Positions 13,221-27,500 of a stretch of 64,000 bases of DNA are shown piece after piece. A program made the translations under genes and the position numbers. Each line of letters opens with the position of its first letter. The first letter of the stretch is position 1. The stretch covers positions 4,030,001-4,094,000 of the forward strand of contig OZ024744.1 in assembly GCA_964016885.1 (NCBI GenBank). The letters run 5' to 3'. The notes beneath the pieces were generated by a model that saw only the letters and a program-made list of their open reading frames with translations, searched no databases and had not been told where the DNA came from. This DNA is from Eledone cirrhosa. Lineage: Eukaryota.

Positions 13221-15479
13221 GTTTTGAGGGAAGACAAGGTAGAGAAAGATAGCTTGGTGAAGAACGAAGTTTTGGGGGAAGACAAGGTAGAGAAAGATAG
13301 CTTGGTGAAGAACGAAGTTTTGGGGGAAGACAAGGTAGAGAAAGAGAGCTTGGTGAAGAACGACGTTTTGATGAAAGACAAGGTAGAGAAAGATAGCTTG
13401 GTGAAGAACGAAGTTTTGGGGAAGACAATGTAGAGAAAGATAGCTTGGTGAAGAACGAAGTTTTGGGGGAAGACAAGGTAGAGAAAGATAGCTTGGTGAA
13501 GAACGAAGTTCTGAGGGAAGACAAGGTAGAGAAAGATAGCTTGGTGAAGAACGAAGTTTTGGGAGAAGACAAGGTAGAGAAAGATATCTTGGTGAAGAAC
13601 GAAGTTTTGACGGAAGACAAGGTAGAGAAAGATAGCTTGGTGAAGAATGACGTTTTGTGGGAAGACAAGGTAGAGAAAGATAGCTTGGTGAAGAACGAAG
13701 TTTTGTGTGAAGACAAGGTAGAGAAAGATAGCTTGGTGAAGAACGAAGTTTTGGGGGAAGACAAGGCAGAGAAAGATAGATTGGTGAAGAACGAAGTTTT
13801 GAGGGATGACAAGGTAGCGAAAGATAGCTTGGTGAATAACGAAGTTTTGGGGGAAGACAAGGTAGAGAAAGATAGCTTGGTGAATAACGAAGTTTTGGGA
13901 GAAGACAAGGTCGAGAATGATAGCTTGGTGAAGAACGAAATTTTGAGGGAAGACAAGGTAGAGAAAGATAGCTTGGTGAAGAACGACGTTTTGAGGGAAG
14001 ACAAAATAGAGAAAGATAGCTTGGTGAAGAACGACGTTTTGTGGGATGACAAGGTAGAGAAAGATGACTTGGTGAAGAACGAAGTTTTGGGGGAAGACAA
14101 GGTAGATAAAGATAGCTTGGTGAAGAACGAAGTTTTGGGGGAAGACAAGGTAGAGAAAGATAGCTTGGTGAACAACGACGTTTTGAGGGAAGACAAGGTA
14201 GAGAAAGATAGCTTGGTGAAGAACGAAGTTTTGGGGAAGACAATGTAGAGAAAGATAGCTTGGTGAAGAACGAAGTTTTGGGGGAAGACAAGGTAGAGAA
14301 AGATAGCTTGGTGAAGAACGGAGTTCTGAGGGAAGACAAGGTAGAGAAAGATAGCTTGGTGAAGAACGACGTTTTGTGGGAAGACAAGGTAGAGAAAGAT
14401 ATCTTGGTGAAGAACGAAGTTTTGACGGAAGACAAGGTAGAGAAAGATAGCTTGGTGAAGAACGATGTTTTGTATGAAGACAAGCTAGAGAAAGATAGTT
14501 TGGTGAAGAACGAAGTTTTAGGGGAAGACAAGGTAGAGAAAGATAGCTTGGTGAAGAACGACGTTTTGGGGGAAGACAAGTTAGAGAAAGATAGCTTGGT
14601 GAAGAACAAAGTTTTGGGGGAAGACAAGGTAGAGAAAGATAGCTTGGTGAAGAACGAAGTTTTGAGGGAAGACGAGGTAGAGAAAGATAGCTTGGTGAAG
14701 AACGAAGTTTTGGGGGAAGACAAGGTAGAGAAAGATAGCTTGGTGAAGAACGAAGTTTTGAGGGAAGACAAGGTAGAGAAAGATAGCTTGGTGAATAACG
14801 AAGTTTTGGGGAAGATAAGGTCGAAAAAGATAGCTTGGTGAAGAACGAAGTTTTGAGGGAAGACAAGGTAGAGAAAGATAGCTTGGTGAAGAACGACGTT
14901 TTGTGGGAAGACAAGGTAGAGAAAGATAGCTTGGTGAAGAACGAAGTGTTGTGGGAAGACAAGGTAGAGAAAGATAGCTTGGTGAAGAACGAAGTTTTGG
15001 GGGAAGACGAGGTAGAGAAAGATAGCTTGGTGAACAACGAAGTTTTGGGGGAAGACAAGGTAGAGAAAGATAGCTTGGTGAAGAACGAAGTTTTGGGGAA
15101 GACAATGTAGAGAAAGATAGCTTGGTGAAGAACGAAGTTTTGGGGGGAGACAAGGTAGAGAAAGATAGCTTGGTGAAGAACGAAGGTTTGAGGGAAGACA
15201 AGGTAGAGAAAGATAGCTTGGTGAATAACGAAGTTTTGGGAGAAGACAAGGTAGAGAAAGATAGCTTGGTGAAGAACGACTTTTTGAGGGAAGACAAGGT
15301 AGAGAAAGATAGCTTGGTGAAGAACGAAATTTTGGGGAAGACAATGTAGAGAAAGATATCTTGGTGAAGAACGAAGTTTTGACGGAAGACAAGGTAGAGA
15401 AAGATAGCTTGGTGAAGAATGACGTTTTGTGGGAAGACAAGGTAGAGAAAGATAGCTTGGTGAAGAACGACGTTTTGTG

Positions 15480-18400
15480 GGAAGACAAGGTAGAGAAAGA
15501 TAGCTTGGTGAAGAACGAAGTTTTGTGGTAAGACAAGGTAGAGAAAGATAGCTTGGTGAAGAACGAAGTTTTGGGGGAAGACAAGGTAGAGAAAGATAGC
15601 TTGGTGAAGAACGAAGTTTTGGGGGAAGACGAGGTAGAGAAAGATAGCTTGGTGAACAACGAAGTTTTGGGGGAAGACAAGGTAGAGAAAGATAGCTTGG
15701 TGAATAACGAAGTTTTGGGAGAAGACAAGGTAGAGAAAGATAGCTTGGTGAAGAACGATGTTTTGAGGGAAGACAATGTAGAGAAAGATAGCTTGGTGAA
15801 GAACGACGTTTTGAGGGAAGACAAGGTAGAGAAAGATAGCTTGGTGAAGAACGACGTTTTGTGGGAAGACAAGGTAGAGAAAGATAGCTTGGTGAAGAAC
15901 GAAGTTTTGGGGAAGACAAGGTAGAGAAAGATAGCTTGCGAAGAACGAAGTTTTGGGGGAAGACAAGGTAGAGAAAGATAGCTTGGTGAAGAACGAAGTT
16001 TTGGGGGAAGACAAGGTAGAGAAAGATAGCTTGGTGAAGAACGACGTTTTGAGGGAAGACAAGGTAGAGAAAGATAGCTTGGTGAAGAACGATGTTTTGA
16101 GGGAAGACAAGGTAGAGAAAGATAGCTTGGTGAAGAACGAAGTTTTGGGGGAAGACAAGGTAGAGAAAGATAGCTTGGTGAAGAACGAAGTTTTGGGGGA
16201 AGACAAGGTAGAGAAAGAGAGCTTGGTGAAGAACGACGTTTTGATGAAAGACAAGGTAGAGAAAGATAGCTTGGTGAAGAACGAAGTTTTGGGGAAGACA
16301 ATGTAGAGAAAGATAGCTTGGTGAAGAACGAAGTTTTGGGGGAAGACAAGGTAGAGAAAGATAGCTTGGTGAAGAACGAAGTTCTGAGGGAAGGCAAGGT
16401 AGAGAAAGATAGTTTGGTGAAGAACGAAGTTTTGGGAGAAGACAAGGTAGAGAAAGATATATTGGTGAAGAACGAAGTTTTGACGGAAGACAAGGTAGAG
16501 ACAGATAGCTTGGTGAAGAATGACGTTTTGTGGGAAGACAAGGTAGAGAAAGATAGCTTGGTGAAGAACGAAGTTTTGTGTGAAGACAAGGTAGAGAAAG
16601 ATAGCTTGGTGAAGAACGAAGTTTTGGGGGAAGACAAGGCAGAGAAAGATAGATTGGTGAAGAACGAAGTTTTGAGGGATGACAAGGTAGCGAAAGATAG
16701 CTTGGTGAATAACGAAGTTTTGGGGGAAGACAAGGTAGAGAAAGATAGCTTGGTGAATAACGAAGTTTTGGGAGAAGACAAGGTCGAGAAAGATAGCTTG
16801 GTGAAGAACGAAATTTTGAGGGAAGACAAGGTAGAGAAAGATAGCTTGGTGAAGAACGACGTTTTGAGGGAAGACAAAATAGAGAAAGATAGCTTGGTGA
16901 AGAACGACGTTTTGTGGGATGACAAGGTAGAGAAAGATGACTTGGTGAAGAACGAAGTTTTGGGGGAAGACAAGGTAGATAAAGATAGCTTGGTGAAGAA
17001 CGAAGTTTTGGGGGAAGACAAGGTAGAGAAAGATAGCTTGGTGAACAACGACGTTTTGAGGGAAGACAAGGTAGAGAAAGATAGCTTGGTGAAGAACGAA
17101 GTTTTGGAGAAGACAATGTAGAGAAAGATAGCTTGGTGAAGAACGAAGTTTTGGGGGAAGACAAGGTAGAGAAAGATAGCTTGGTGAAGAACGGAGTTCT
17201 GAGGGAAGACAAGGTAGAGAAAGATAGCTTGGTGAAGAACGACGTTTTGTGGGAAGACAAGGTAGAGAAAGATATCTTGGTGAAGAACGAAGTTTTGACG
17301 GAAGACAAGGTAGAGAAAGATAGCTTGGTGAAGAATGACGTTTTGTGGGAAGACAAGGTAGAGAAAGATAGCTTGGTGAAGAACGATGTTTTGTATGAAG
17401 ACAAGGTAGAGAAAGATAGCTTGGTGAAGAACGAAGTTTTAGGGGAAGACAAGGTAGAGAAAGATAGCTTGGTGAAGAACGAAGTTTTGGGGGAAGACAA
17501 GGTAGAGAAAGATAGCTTGGTGAAGAACAAAGTTTTGGGGGAAGACAAGGTAGAGAAAGATAGCTTGGTGAAGAACGAAGTTTTGAGGGAAGACGAGGTA
17601 GAGAAAGATAGCTTGGTGAAGAACGAAGTTTTGGGGGTAGACAAGGTAGAGAAAGATAGCTTGGTGAAGAACGAAGTTTTGGGGGAAGACAAGGTAGAGA
17701 AAGATAGCTTGGTGAAGAACGACGTTTTGAGGGAAGACAAGGTCGTGAAAGATAGCTTGGTGAAGCACGAAGTTTTGGGGAAGACAATGTAGAGAAAGAT
17801 AGCTTGGTGAAGAACGAAGTTTTGGGGGAAGACAAGGTAGAGAAAGATAGCTTGGTGAAGAACGAAGTTCTGAGGGAAGACAAGGTAGAGAAAGATAGCT
17901 TGGTGAAGAACGAAGTTTTGGGAGGAGACAAGGTAGAGAAAGATATCTTGGTGAAGAACGAAGTTTTGACGGAAGACAAGGTAGAGAAAGATAGCTTGGT
18001 GAAGAATGACGTTTTGTGGGAAGACAAGGTAGAGAAAGATAGCTTGGTGAAGAACGAAGTTTTGTGTGAAGACAAGCTAGAGAAAGATAGCTTGGTGAAG
18101 AACGAAGTTTTGAGGGAAGACAAGGTAGAGAAAGATAGCTTGGTGAATAACGAAGTTTTGGGAGAAGACAAGGTAGAGAAAGATAGCTTGGTGAAGAACG
18201 AAGTTTTGGGGGAAGACAAGGTAGAGAAAGATAGCTTGGTGAATAACGAAGTTTTGGGGGAAGACAAGGTAGAGAAAGATAGCTTGGTGAATAACGAAGT
18301 TTTGGGAGAAGACAAGGTCGAGAAAGATAGCTTGGTGAAGAACGAAATTTTGAGGGAAGACAAGGTAGAGAAAGATAGCTTGGTGAAGAACGACGTTTTG

Positions 18401-19800
18401 AGGGAAGACAAAATAGAGAAAGATAGCTTGGTGAAGAACGACGTTTTGTGGGATGACAAGGTAGATAAAGATGACTTGGTGAAGAACGACGTTTTGTGGG
18501 AAGACAAGGTAGAGAAAGATAGCTTGGTGAAGAACGAAGTGTTGTGGTAAGACAAGGTAGAGAAAGATAGCTTGGTGAAGAACGAAGTTTTGGGGGAAGA
18601 CAAGGTAGAGAAAGATAGCTTGGTGAAGAACGAAGTTTTGGGGGAAGACGAGGTAGAGAAAGATAGCTTGGTGAACAACGAAGTTTTGGGGGAAGACAAG
18701 GTAGAGAAAGATAGCTTGGTGAATAACGAAGTTTTGGGAGAAGACAAGGTAGAGAAAGATAGCTTGGTGAAGAACGATGTTTTGAGGGAAGACAAGGTAG
18801 AGAAAGATAGCTTGGTGAAGAACGACGTTTTGAGGGAAGACAAGGTAGAGAAAGATAGCTTGGTGAAGAACGACGTTTTGTGGGAAGACAAGGTAGAGAA
18901 AGATAGCTTGGTGAAGAACGAAGTTTTGGGGAAGACAAGGTAGAGAAAGATAGCTTGCGAAGAACGAAGTTTTGGGGGAAGTCAAGGTAGAGAAAGATAG
19001 CTTGGTGAAGAACGAAGTTTTGGGGGAAGACAAGGTAGAGAAAGATAGCTTGGTGAAGAACGACGTTTTGAGGGAAGACAAGGTAGAGAAAGATAGCTTG
19101 GTGAAGAACGAAGTGTTGAGGGAAGACAAGGTAGAGAAAGATAGCTTGGTGAAGAACGATGTTTTGAGGGAAGACAAGGTAGAGAAAGATAGCTTGGTGA
19201 AGAACGAAGTTTTGGGGGAAGACAAGGTAGAGAAAGATAGCTTGGTGAAGAACGAAGTTTTGGGGGAAGACAAGGTAGAGAAAGAGAGCTTGGTGAAGAA
19301 CGACGTTTTGATGAAAGACAAGGTAGAGAAAGATAGCTTGGTGAAGAACGAAGTTTTGGGGAAGACAATGTAGAGAAAGATAGCTTGGTGAAGAACGAAG
19401 TTTTGGGGGAAGACAAGGTAGAGAAAGATAGCTTGGTGAAGAACGAAGTTCTGAGGGAAGACAAGGTAGAGAAAGATAGCTTGGTGAAGAACGAAGTTTT
19501 GGGAGAAGACAAGGTAGAGAAAGATATATTGGTGAAGAACGAAGTTTTGACGGAAGACAAGGTAGAGACAGATAGCTTGGTGAAGAATGACGTTTTGTGG
19601 GAAGACAAGGTAGAGAAAGATAGCTTGGTGAAGAACGAAGTTTTGTGTGAAGACAAGGTAGAGAAAGATAGCTTGGTGAAGAACGAAGTTTTGGGGGAAG
19701 ACAAGGCAGAGAAAGATAGATTGGTGAAGAACGAAGTTTTGAGGGATGACAAGGTAGCGAAAGATAGCTTGGTGAATAACGAAGTTTTGGGGGAAGACAA
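15480..19800 (+). repeat. Higher-order copy pair ~15480-16750 and ~18500-19800 (offset 3019, then 3067 after a one-monomer indel)
   Basis: Both share the nonsense variant TGGTAA (TAA at 15529 and 18548) and GATATATTG plus GAGACAGAT (~16456/16498, ~19523/19565). ORF pairs are 15553/18572, 15953/18972 and 16318/19385. Confidence 0.85.
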
Positions 19801-19809
19801 GGTAGAGAA

Positions 19810-22430
19810 AGATAGCTTGGTGAAGAACGAAATTTTGAGGGAAGACAAGGTAGGGAAAGATAGCTTGGTGAAGAACGACGTTTTGAGGGAAGACTAAATA
19901 GAGAAAGATAGCTTGGTGAAGAACGACGTTTTGTGGGATGACAAGGTAGAGAAAGATGACTTGGTGAAGAACGAAGTTGTGGGGGAAGACAAGGTAGATA
20001 AAGATAGCTTGGTGAAGAACGAAGTGTTGGGGGAAGACAAGGTAGAGAAAGATATCTTGGTGAAGAACGAAGTTTTGACGGAAGACAAGGTAGAGAAAGA
20101 TAGCTTGGTGAAGAATGACGTTTTGTGGGAAGACAAGGTAGAGAAAGATAGCTTGGTGAAGAACGATGTTTTGTATGAAGACAAGGTAGAGAAAGATAGC
20201 TTGGTGAAGAACGAAGTTTTAGGGGAAGACAAGGTAGAGAAAGATAGCTTGGTGAAGAACGAAGTTTTGGGGGAAGACAAGGTAGAGAAAGATAGCTTGG
20301 TGAAGAACAAAGTTTTGGGGGAAGACAAGGTAGAGAAAGATAGCTTGGTGGAGAACGAAGTTTTGAGGGAAGACGAGGTAGAGAAAGATAGCTTGGTGAA
20401 GAACGAAGTTTTGGGGGAAGACAAGGTAGAGAAAGATAGCTTGGTGAAGAACGAAGTTTTGGGGGAAGACAAGGTAGAGAAAGATAGCTTGGTGAAGAAC
20501 GACGTTTTGAGGGAAGACAAGGTCGTGAAAGATAGCTTGGTGAAGCACGAAGTTTTGGGGAAGACAATGTAGAGAAAGATAGCTTGGTGAAGAACGAAGT
20601 TTTGGGGGAAGACAAGGTAGAGAAAGATAGCTTGGTGAAGAACGAAGTTCTGAGGGAAAACAAGGTAGAGAAAGATAGCTTGGTGAAGAACGAAGTTTTG
20701 GGAGGAGACAAGGTAGAGAAAGATATCTTGGTGAAGAACGAAGTTTTGACGGAAGACAAGGTAGAGAAAGATAGCTTGGTGAAGAATGACGTTTTGTGGG
20801 AAGACAAGGTAGAGAAAGATAGCTTGGTGAAGAACGAAGTTTTGTGTGAAGACAAGCTAGAGAAAGATAGCTTGGTGAAGAACGAAGTTTTGAGGGAAGA
20901 CAAGGTAGAGAAAGATAGCTTGGTGAATAACGAAGTTTTGGGAGAAGACAAGGTAGAGAAAGATAGCTTGGTGAAGAACGAAGTTTTGGGGGAAGACAAG
21001 GTAGAGAAAGATAGCTTGGTGAATAACGAAGTTTTGGGGGAAGACAAGGTAGAGAAAGATAGCTTGGTGAATAACGAAGTTTTGGGAGAAGACAAGGTCG
21101 AGAAAGATAGCTTGGTGAAGAACGAAATTTTTAGGGAAGACAAGGTAGGGAAAGATAGCTTGGTGAAGAACGACGTTTTGAGGGAAGACAAAATAGAGAA
21201 AGATAGCTTGGTGAAGAACGACGTTTTGTGGGATGACAAGGTAGAGAAAGATGACTTGGTGAAGAACGAAGTTGTGGGGGAAGACAAGGTAGATAAAGAT
21301 AGCTTGGTGAAGAACGAAGTGTTGGGGGAAGACAAGGTAGAGAAAGATATCTTGGTGAAGAACGAAGTTTTGACGGAAGACAAGGTAGAGAAAGATAGCT
21401 TGGTGAAGAATGACGTTTTGTGGGAAGACAAGGTAGAGAAAGATAGCTTGGTGAAGAACGATGTTTTGTATGAAGACAAGGTAGAGAAAGATAGCTTGGT
21501 GAAGAACGAAGTTTTAGGGGAAGACAAGGTAGAGAAAGATAGCTTGGTGAAGAACGAAGTTTTGGGGGAAGACAAGGTAGAGAAAGATAGCTTGGTGAAG
21601 AACAAAGTTTTGGGGGAAGACAAGGTAGAGAAAGATAGCTTGGTGGAGAACGAAGTTTTGAGGGAAGACGAGGTAGAGAAAGATAGCTTGGTGAAGAACG
21701 AAGTTTTGGGGGAAGACAAGGTAGAGAAAGATAGCTTGGTGAAGAACGAAGTTTTGGGGGAAGACAAGGTAGAGAAAGATAGCTTGCTGAAGAACGACGT
21801 TTTGAGGGAAGACAAGGTCGTGAAAGATAGCTTGGTGAAGCACGAAGTTTTGGGGAAGACAATGTAGAGAAAGATAGCTTGGTGAAGAACGAAGTTTTGG
21901 GGGAAGACAAGGTAGAGAAAGATAGCTTGGTGAAGAACGAAGTTCTGAGGGAAAACAAGGTAGAGAAAGATAGCTTGGTGAAGAACGAAGTTTTGGGAGG
22001 AGACAAGGTAGAGAAAGATATCTTGGTGAAGAACGAAGTTTTGACGGAAGACAAGGTAGAGAAAGATAGCTTGGTGAAGAATGACGTTTTGTGGGAAGAC
22101 AAGGTAGAGAAAGATAGCTTGGTGAAGAACGAAGTTTTGTGTGAAGACAAGCTAGAGAAAGATAGCTTGGTGAAGAACGAAGTTTTGAGGGAAGACAAGG
22201 TAGAGAAAGATAGCTTGGTGAATAACGAAGTTTTGGGAGAAGACAAGGTAGAGAAAGATAGCTTGGTGAAGAACGAAGTTTTGGGGGAAGACAAGGTAGA
22301 GAAAGATAGCTTGGTGAATAACGAAGTTTTGGGGGAAGACAAGGTAGAGAAAGATAGCTTGGTGAATAACGAAGTTTTGGGAGAAGACAAGGTCGAGAAA
22401 GATAGCTTGGTGAAGAACGAAATTTTGAGG
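19810..22430 (+). repeat. Tandem higher-order duplication, 1295-bp unit (27 monomers minus 1 nt), with a related third copy at ~17270-18450
   Basis: GTAGGGAAA (~19850, ~21146), GTTGTGGGG, GTGGAGAAC and GAAAACAAG recur at a 1295 offset. GGTCGTGAAA...AAGCACGAA occurs at 17741, 20521 and 21816. ORF starts are 17804, 20584 and 21879. Confidence 0.9.
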
Positions 22431-24599
22431 GAAGACAAGGTAGAGAAAGATAGCTTGGTGAAGAACGACGTTTTGAGGGAAGACAAAATAGAGAAAGATA
22501 GCTTGGTGAAGAACGACGTTTTGTGGGATGACAAGGTAGAGAAAGATGACTTGGTGAAGAACGAAGTTTTGGGGGAAGACAAGGTAGATAAAGATAGCTT
22601 GGTGAAGAACGAAGTTTTGGGGGAAGACAAGGTAGAGAAAGATAGCTTGGTGAAGAACGACGTTTTGAGGGAAGACAAGGTAGAGAAAGATAGCTTGGTG
22701 AAGAACGAAGTTTTGGGGAAGACAATGTAGAGAAAGATAGCTTGGTGAAGAACGAAGTTTTGGGGGAAGACAAGGTAGAGAAAGATAGCTTGGTGAAGAA
22801 CGAAGTTCTGAGGGAAGACAAGGTAGAGAAAGATAGCTTGGTGAAGAACGACGTTTTGTGGGAAGACAAGGTAGAGAAAGATATCTTGGTGAAGAACGAA
22901 GTTTTGACGGAAGACAAGGTAGAGAAAGATAGCTTGCGAAGAACGAAGTTTTGGGGGAAGACAAGGTAGAGAAAGATAGCTTGGTGAAGAACGAAGTTTT
23001 GTAGGAGGACAAGGTAGAGAAAGATAGCTTGGTGAAGAACGACGTTTTGAGGAAAGACAAGGTAGAGAAAGATAGCTTGGTGAAGAACGAAGTTTTGAAG
23101 GAAGACAAGGTAGAGAAAGATAGCTTGGTGAAGAATGACGTTTTGTGGGAAGACAAGGTAGAGAAAGATAGCTTGGTGAAGAACGAAGTTTTGAGGGAAG
23201 ACAAGGTAGAGAAAGATAGCTTGGTGAATAACGAAGTTTTGGGGGAAGACAAGGTCGAAAAATATAGCTTGGTGAAGAACGAAGTTTTGAGGGAAGACAA
23301 GGTAGAGAAAGATAGCTTGGTGAAGAACGAAGTTTTGGGGGAAGACAAGGTAGAGAAAGATAGCTTGGTGAAGAACGAAGTTTTGAGGGAAGACAAGGTA
23401 GAGAAAGATAGCTTGGTGAAGAACGACGTTTTGTGGGAAGACAAGGTAGAGAAAGATAGCTTGGTGAAGAACGAAGTTTTCGGGGAAGACAAGGTAGAGA
23501 AAGATAGCTTGGTGAAGAACGAAGTTTTGAGGGAAGACAAAGTAGAGAAAGATAGCTTGGTGAAGAACGAAGTTTTGTGGGAGGACAAGGTAGAGAAAGA
23601 TAGCTTGGAGAAGAACGAAGTTTTGGGGGAAGACAAGGTAGATAAAGATAGCTTGGTGAAGAACGAAGTTTTGGTGGAAGACGAGGTAGAGAAAGATAGC
23701 TTGGTGAACAACGAAGTTTTGGGGGAAGACAAGGTAGAGAAAGATAGCTTGGTGAAGAACGAAGTTTTGGGGAAGACAATGTAGAGAAAGATAGCTTGGT
23801 GAAGAACGAAGTTTTGGGGGAAGACAAGGTAGAGAAAGATAGCTTGGTGAAGAACGACGTTTTGAGGGAAGACAAGGTAGAGAAAGATAGCTTGGTGAAG
23901 AACGAAGTTTTGAAGGAAGACAAGGTAGAGAAAGATAGCTTGGTGAAGAATGACGTTTTGTGGGAAGACAAGGTAGAGAAAGATAGCTTGGTGAAGAACG
24001 AAGTTTTGAGGGAAGACAAGGTAGAGAAAGATAGCTTGGTGAATAACGAAGTTTTGGGGGAAGACAAGGTCGAAAAAGATAGCTTGGTGAAGAACGAAGT
24101 TTTGAGGGAAGACAAGGTAGAGAAAGATAGCTTGGTGAAGAACGAAGTTTTGGGGGAAGACAAGGTAGAGAAAGATAGCTTGGTGAAGAACGAAGTTTTG
24201 AGGGAAGACAAGGTAGCGAAAGATAGCTTGGTGAATAACGAAGTTTTGGGGGAAGACAAGGTAGAGAAAGATAGCTTGGTGAATAACGAAGTTTTGGGAG
24301 AAGACAAGGTCGAGAAAGATAGCTTGGTGAAGAACGAAATTTTGAGGGAAGACAAGGTAGAGAAAGATAGCTTGGTGAAGAACGACGTTTTGAGGGAAGA
24401 CAAAATAGAGAAAGATAGCTTGGTGAAGAACGACGTTTTGTGGGATGACAAGGTAGAGAAAGATGACTTGGTGAAGAACCAAGTTTTGGGTGAAGACAAG
24501 GTAGATAAAGATAGCTTGGTGAAGAACGAAGTTTTGGGGGAATACAAGGTAGAGAAAGATAGCTTGGTGAAGAACGACGTTTTGAGGGAAGACAAGGTA

Positions 24600-27500
24600 G
24601 AGAAAGATAGCTTGGTGAAGAACGAAGTTTTGGGGAAGACAATGTAGAGAAAGATATCTTGGTGAAGAACGAAGTTTTGACGGAAGACAAGGTAGAGAAA
24701 GATAGCTTGGTGAAGAATGACGTTTTGTGGGAAGACAAGGTAGAGAAAGATAGCTTGGTGAAGAACGACGTTTTGTGGGAAGACAAGGTAGAGAAAGATA
24801 GCTTGGTGAAGAACGAAGTTTTGTGGGAAGACAAGGTAGAGAAAGATAGCTTGGTGAAGAACGAAATTTTGGGGGAAGACAAGGTAGAGAAAGATAGCTT
24901 GGTGAAGAACGAAGTTTTGGGGGAAGACGAGGTAGAGAAAGATAGCTTGGTGAACAACGAAGTTTTGGGGGAAGACAAGGTAGAGAAAGATAGCTTGGTG
25001 AATAACGAAGTTTTGGGAGAAGACAAGGTAGAGAAAGATAGCTTGGTGAAGAACGATGTTTTGAGGGAAGACAAGGTAGAGAAAGATAGCTTGGTGAAGA
25101 ACGACGTTTTGAGGGAAGACAAGGTAGAGAAAGATAGCTTGGTGAAGAACGACGTTTTGTGGGAAGACAAGGTAGAGAAAGATAGCTTGGTGAAGAACGA
25201 AGTTTTGGGGGAAGACAAGGTAGAGAAAGATAGCTTGCGAAGAACGAAGTTTTGGGGGAAGACAAGGTAGAGAAAGATAGCTTGGTGAAGAACGAAGTTT
25301 TGGGGGAAGACAAGGTAGAGAAAGATAGCTTGGTGAAGAACGACGTTTTGAGGGAAGACGAGGTAGAGAAAGATAGCTTGGTGAAGAACGAAGTTTTGAG
25401 GGAAGACAAGCTAGATAAAGATAGCTTGGTGAAGAACGATGTTTTGAGGGAAGACAAGGTAGAAAAAGATAGCTTGGTGAAGAACGAAGTTTTGAGGGAA
25501 GACAAGGTAGAGAAAGATAGCTTGGTGAAGAACGACGTTTTGTGGGAAGACAAGGTAGAGAAAGATAGCTTGGTGAAGAACGAAGTTTTGGGGGAAGACA
25601 AGGTAGAGAAAGATAGCTTGGTGAAGAACGAAGTTTTGGGGGAAGACAAGGTAGAGAAAGAGAGCTTGGTGAAGAACGACGTTTTGATGAAAGACAAGGT
25701 AGAGAAAGATAGCTTGGTGAAGAACGAAGTTTTGGGGAAGACAATGTAGAGAAAAATAGCTTGGTGAAGAACGAAGTTTTGGGGGAAGACAAGGTAGAGA
25801 AAGATAGCTTGGTGAAGAACGAAGTTCTGGGGGAAGACAAGGTATAGAAAGATAGCTTGGTGAAGAACGAAGTTTTGGGAGAAGACAAGGTAGAGAAAGA
25901 TATCTTGGTGAAGAACGAAGTTTTGACGGAAGACAAGGTAGAGAAAGATAGCTTGGTGAAGAATGACGTTTTGTGGGAAGACAAGGTAGAGAAAGATAGC
26001 TTGGTGACGAACGAAGTTTTGTGTGAAGACAAGGTAGAGAAAGATAGCTTGGTGAAGAACGAAGTTTTGGGGGAAGACAAGGCAGAGAAAGATAGATTGG
26101 TGAAGAACGAAGTTTTGAGGGATGACAAGGTAGCGAAAGATAGCTTGGTGAATAACGAAGTTTTGGGGGAAGACAAGGTAGAGAAAGATAGCTTGGTGAA
26201 TAACGAAGTTTTGGGAGAAGACAAGGTCGAGAAAGATAGCTTGGTGAAGAACGAAATTTTGAGGGAAGACAAGGTAGAGAAAGATAGCTTGGTGAAGAAC
26301 GACGTTTTGAGGGAAGACAAAATAGAGAAAGATAGCTTGGTGAAGAACGACGTTTTGCGGGATGACAAGGTAGAGAAAGATGACTTGGTGAAGAACGAAG
26401 TTTTGGGGGAAGACAAGGTAGAGAAAGATAGCTTGGTGAAGAACGACGTTTTGAGGGAAGACAAGGTAGAGAAAGATAGCTTGGTGAAGAACGAAGTTTT
26501 GGGGAAGACAATGTAGAGAAAGATAGCTTGGTGAAGAACGAAGTTTTGGGGGTAGACAAGGTAGAGAAAGATAGCTTGGTGAAGAACGGAGTTCTGAGGG
26601 AAGACAAGGTAGAGAAAGATAGCTTGGTGAAGAACGACGTTTTGTGGGAAGACAAGGTAGAGAAAGATATCTTGGTGAAGAACGAAGTTTTGACGGAAGA
26701 CAAGGTAGAGAAAGATAGCTTGCGAAGAACGAAGTTTTGGGGGAAGACAAGGTAGAGAAAGATAGCTTGGTGAAGAACGAAGTTTTGTGGGAGGACAAGG
26801 TAGAGAAAGATAGCTTGGTGAAGAATGACGTTTTGTGGGAAGACAAGGTAGAGAAAGATAGCTTGGTGAAGAACGAAGTTTTTAGGGAAGACAAGGTAGA
26901 GAAAGATAGCTTGGTGAATAACGAAGTTTTGGGGGAAGACAAGGTCGAAAAAGATAGCTTGGTGAAGAACGAAGTTTTGAGGGAAGACAAGGTAGAGAAA
27001 GATAGCTTGGTGAAGAACGAAGTTTTGGGGAAGACAAGGTAGAGAAAGATAGCTTGGTGAAGAACGAAGTTTTGAGGGAAGACAAGGTAGAGAAAGATAG
27101 CTTGGTGAAGAACGACGTTTTGTGGGAAGACAAGGTAGAGAAAGATAGCTTGGTGAAGAACGAAGTTTTGTGGGAAGACAAGGTAGAGAAAGATAGCTTG
27201 GTGAAGAACGAAGTTTTGGGGGAAGACAAGGTAGAGAAAGATAGCTTGGTGAAGAACGAAGTTTTGGGGGAAGACGAGGTAGAGAAAGATAGCTTGGTGA
27301 ACAACGAAGTTTTGGGGGAAGACAAGGTAGAGAAAGATAGCTTGGTGAAGAACGAAGTTTTGGGGAAGACAATGTAGAGAAAGATAGCTTGGTGAAGAAC
27401 GAAGTTTTGTGGGAAGACAAGGTAGAGAAAGATAGCTTGGTGAAGAACGAAGGTTTGAGGGAAGACAAGGTAGAGAAAGATAGCTTGGTGAATAACGAAG

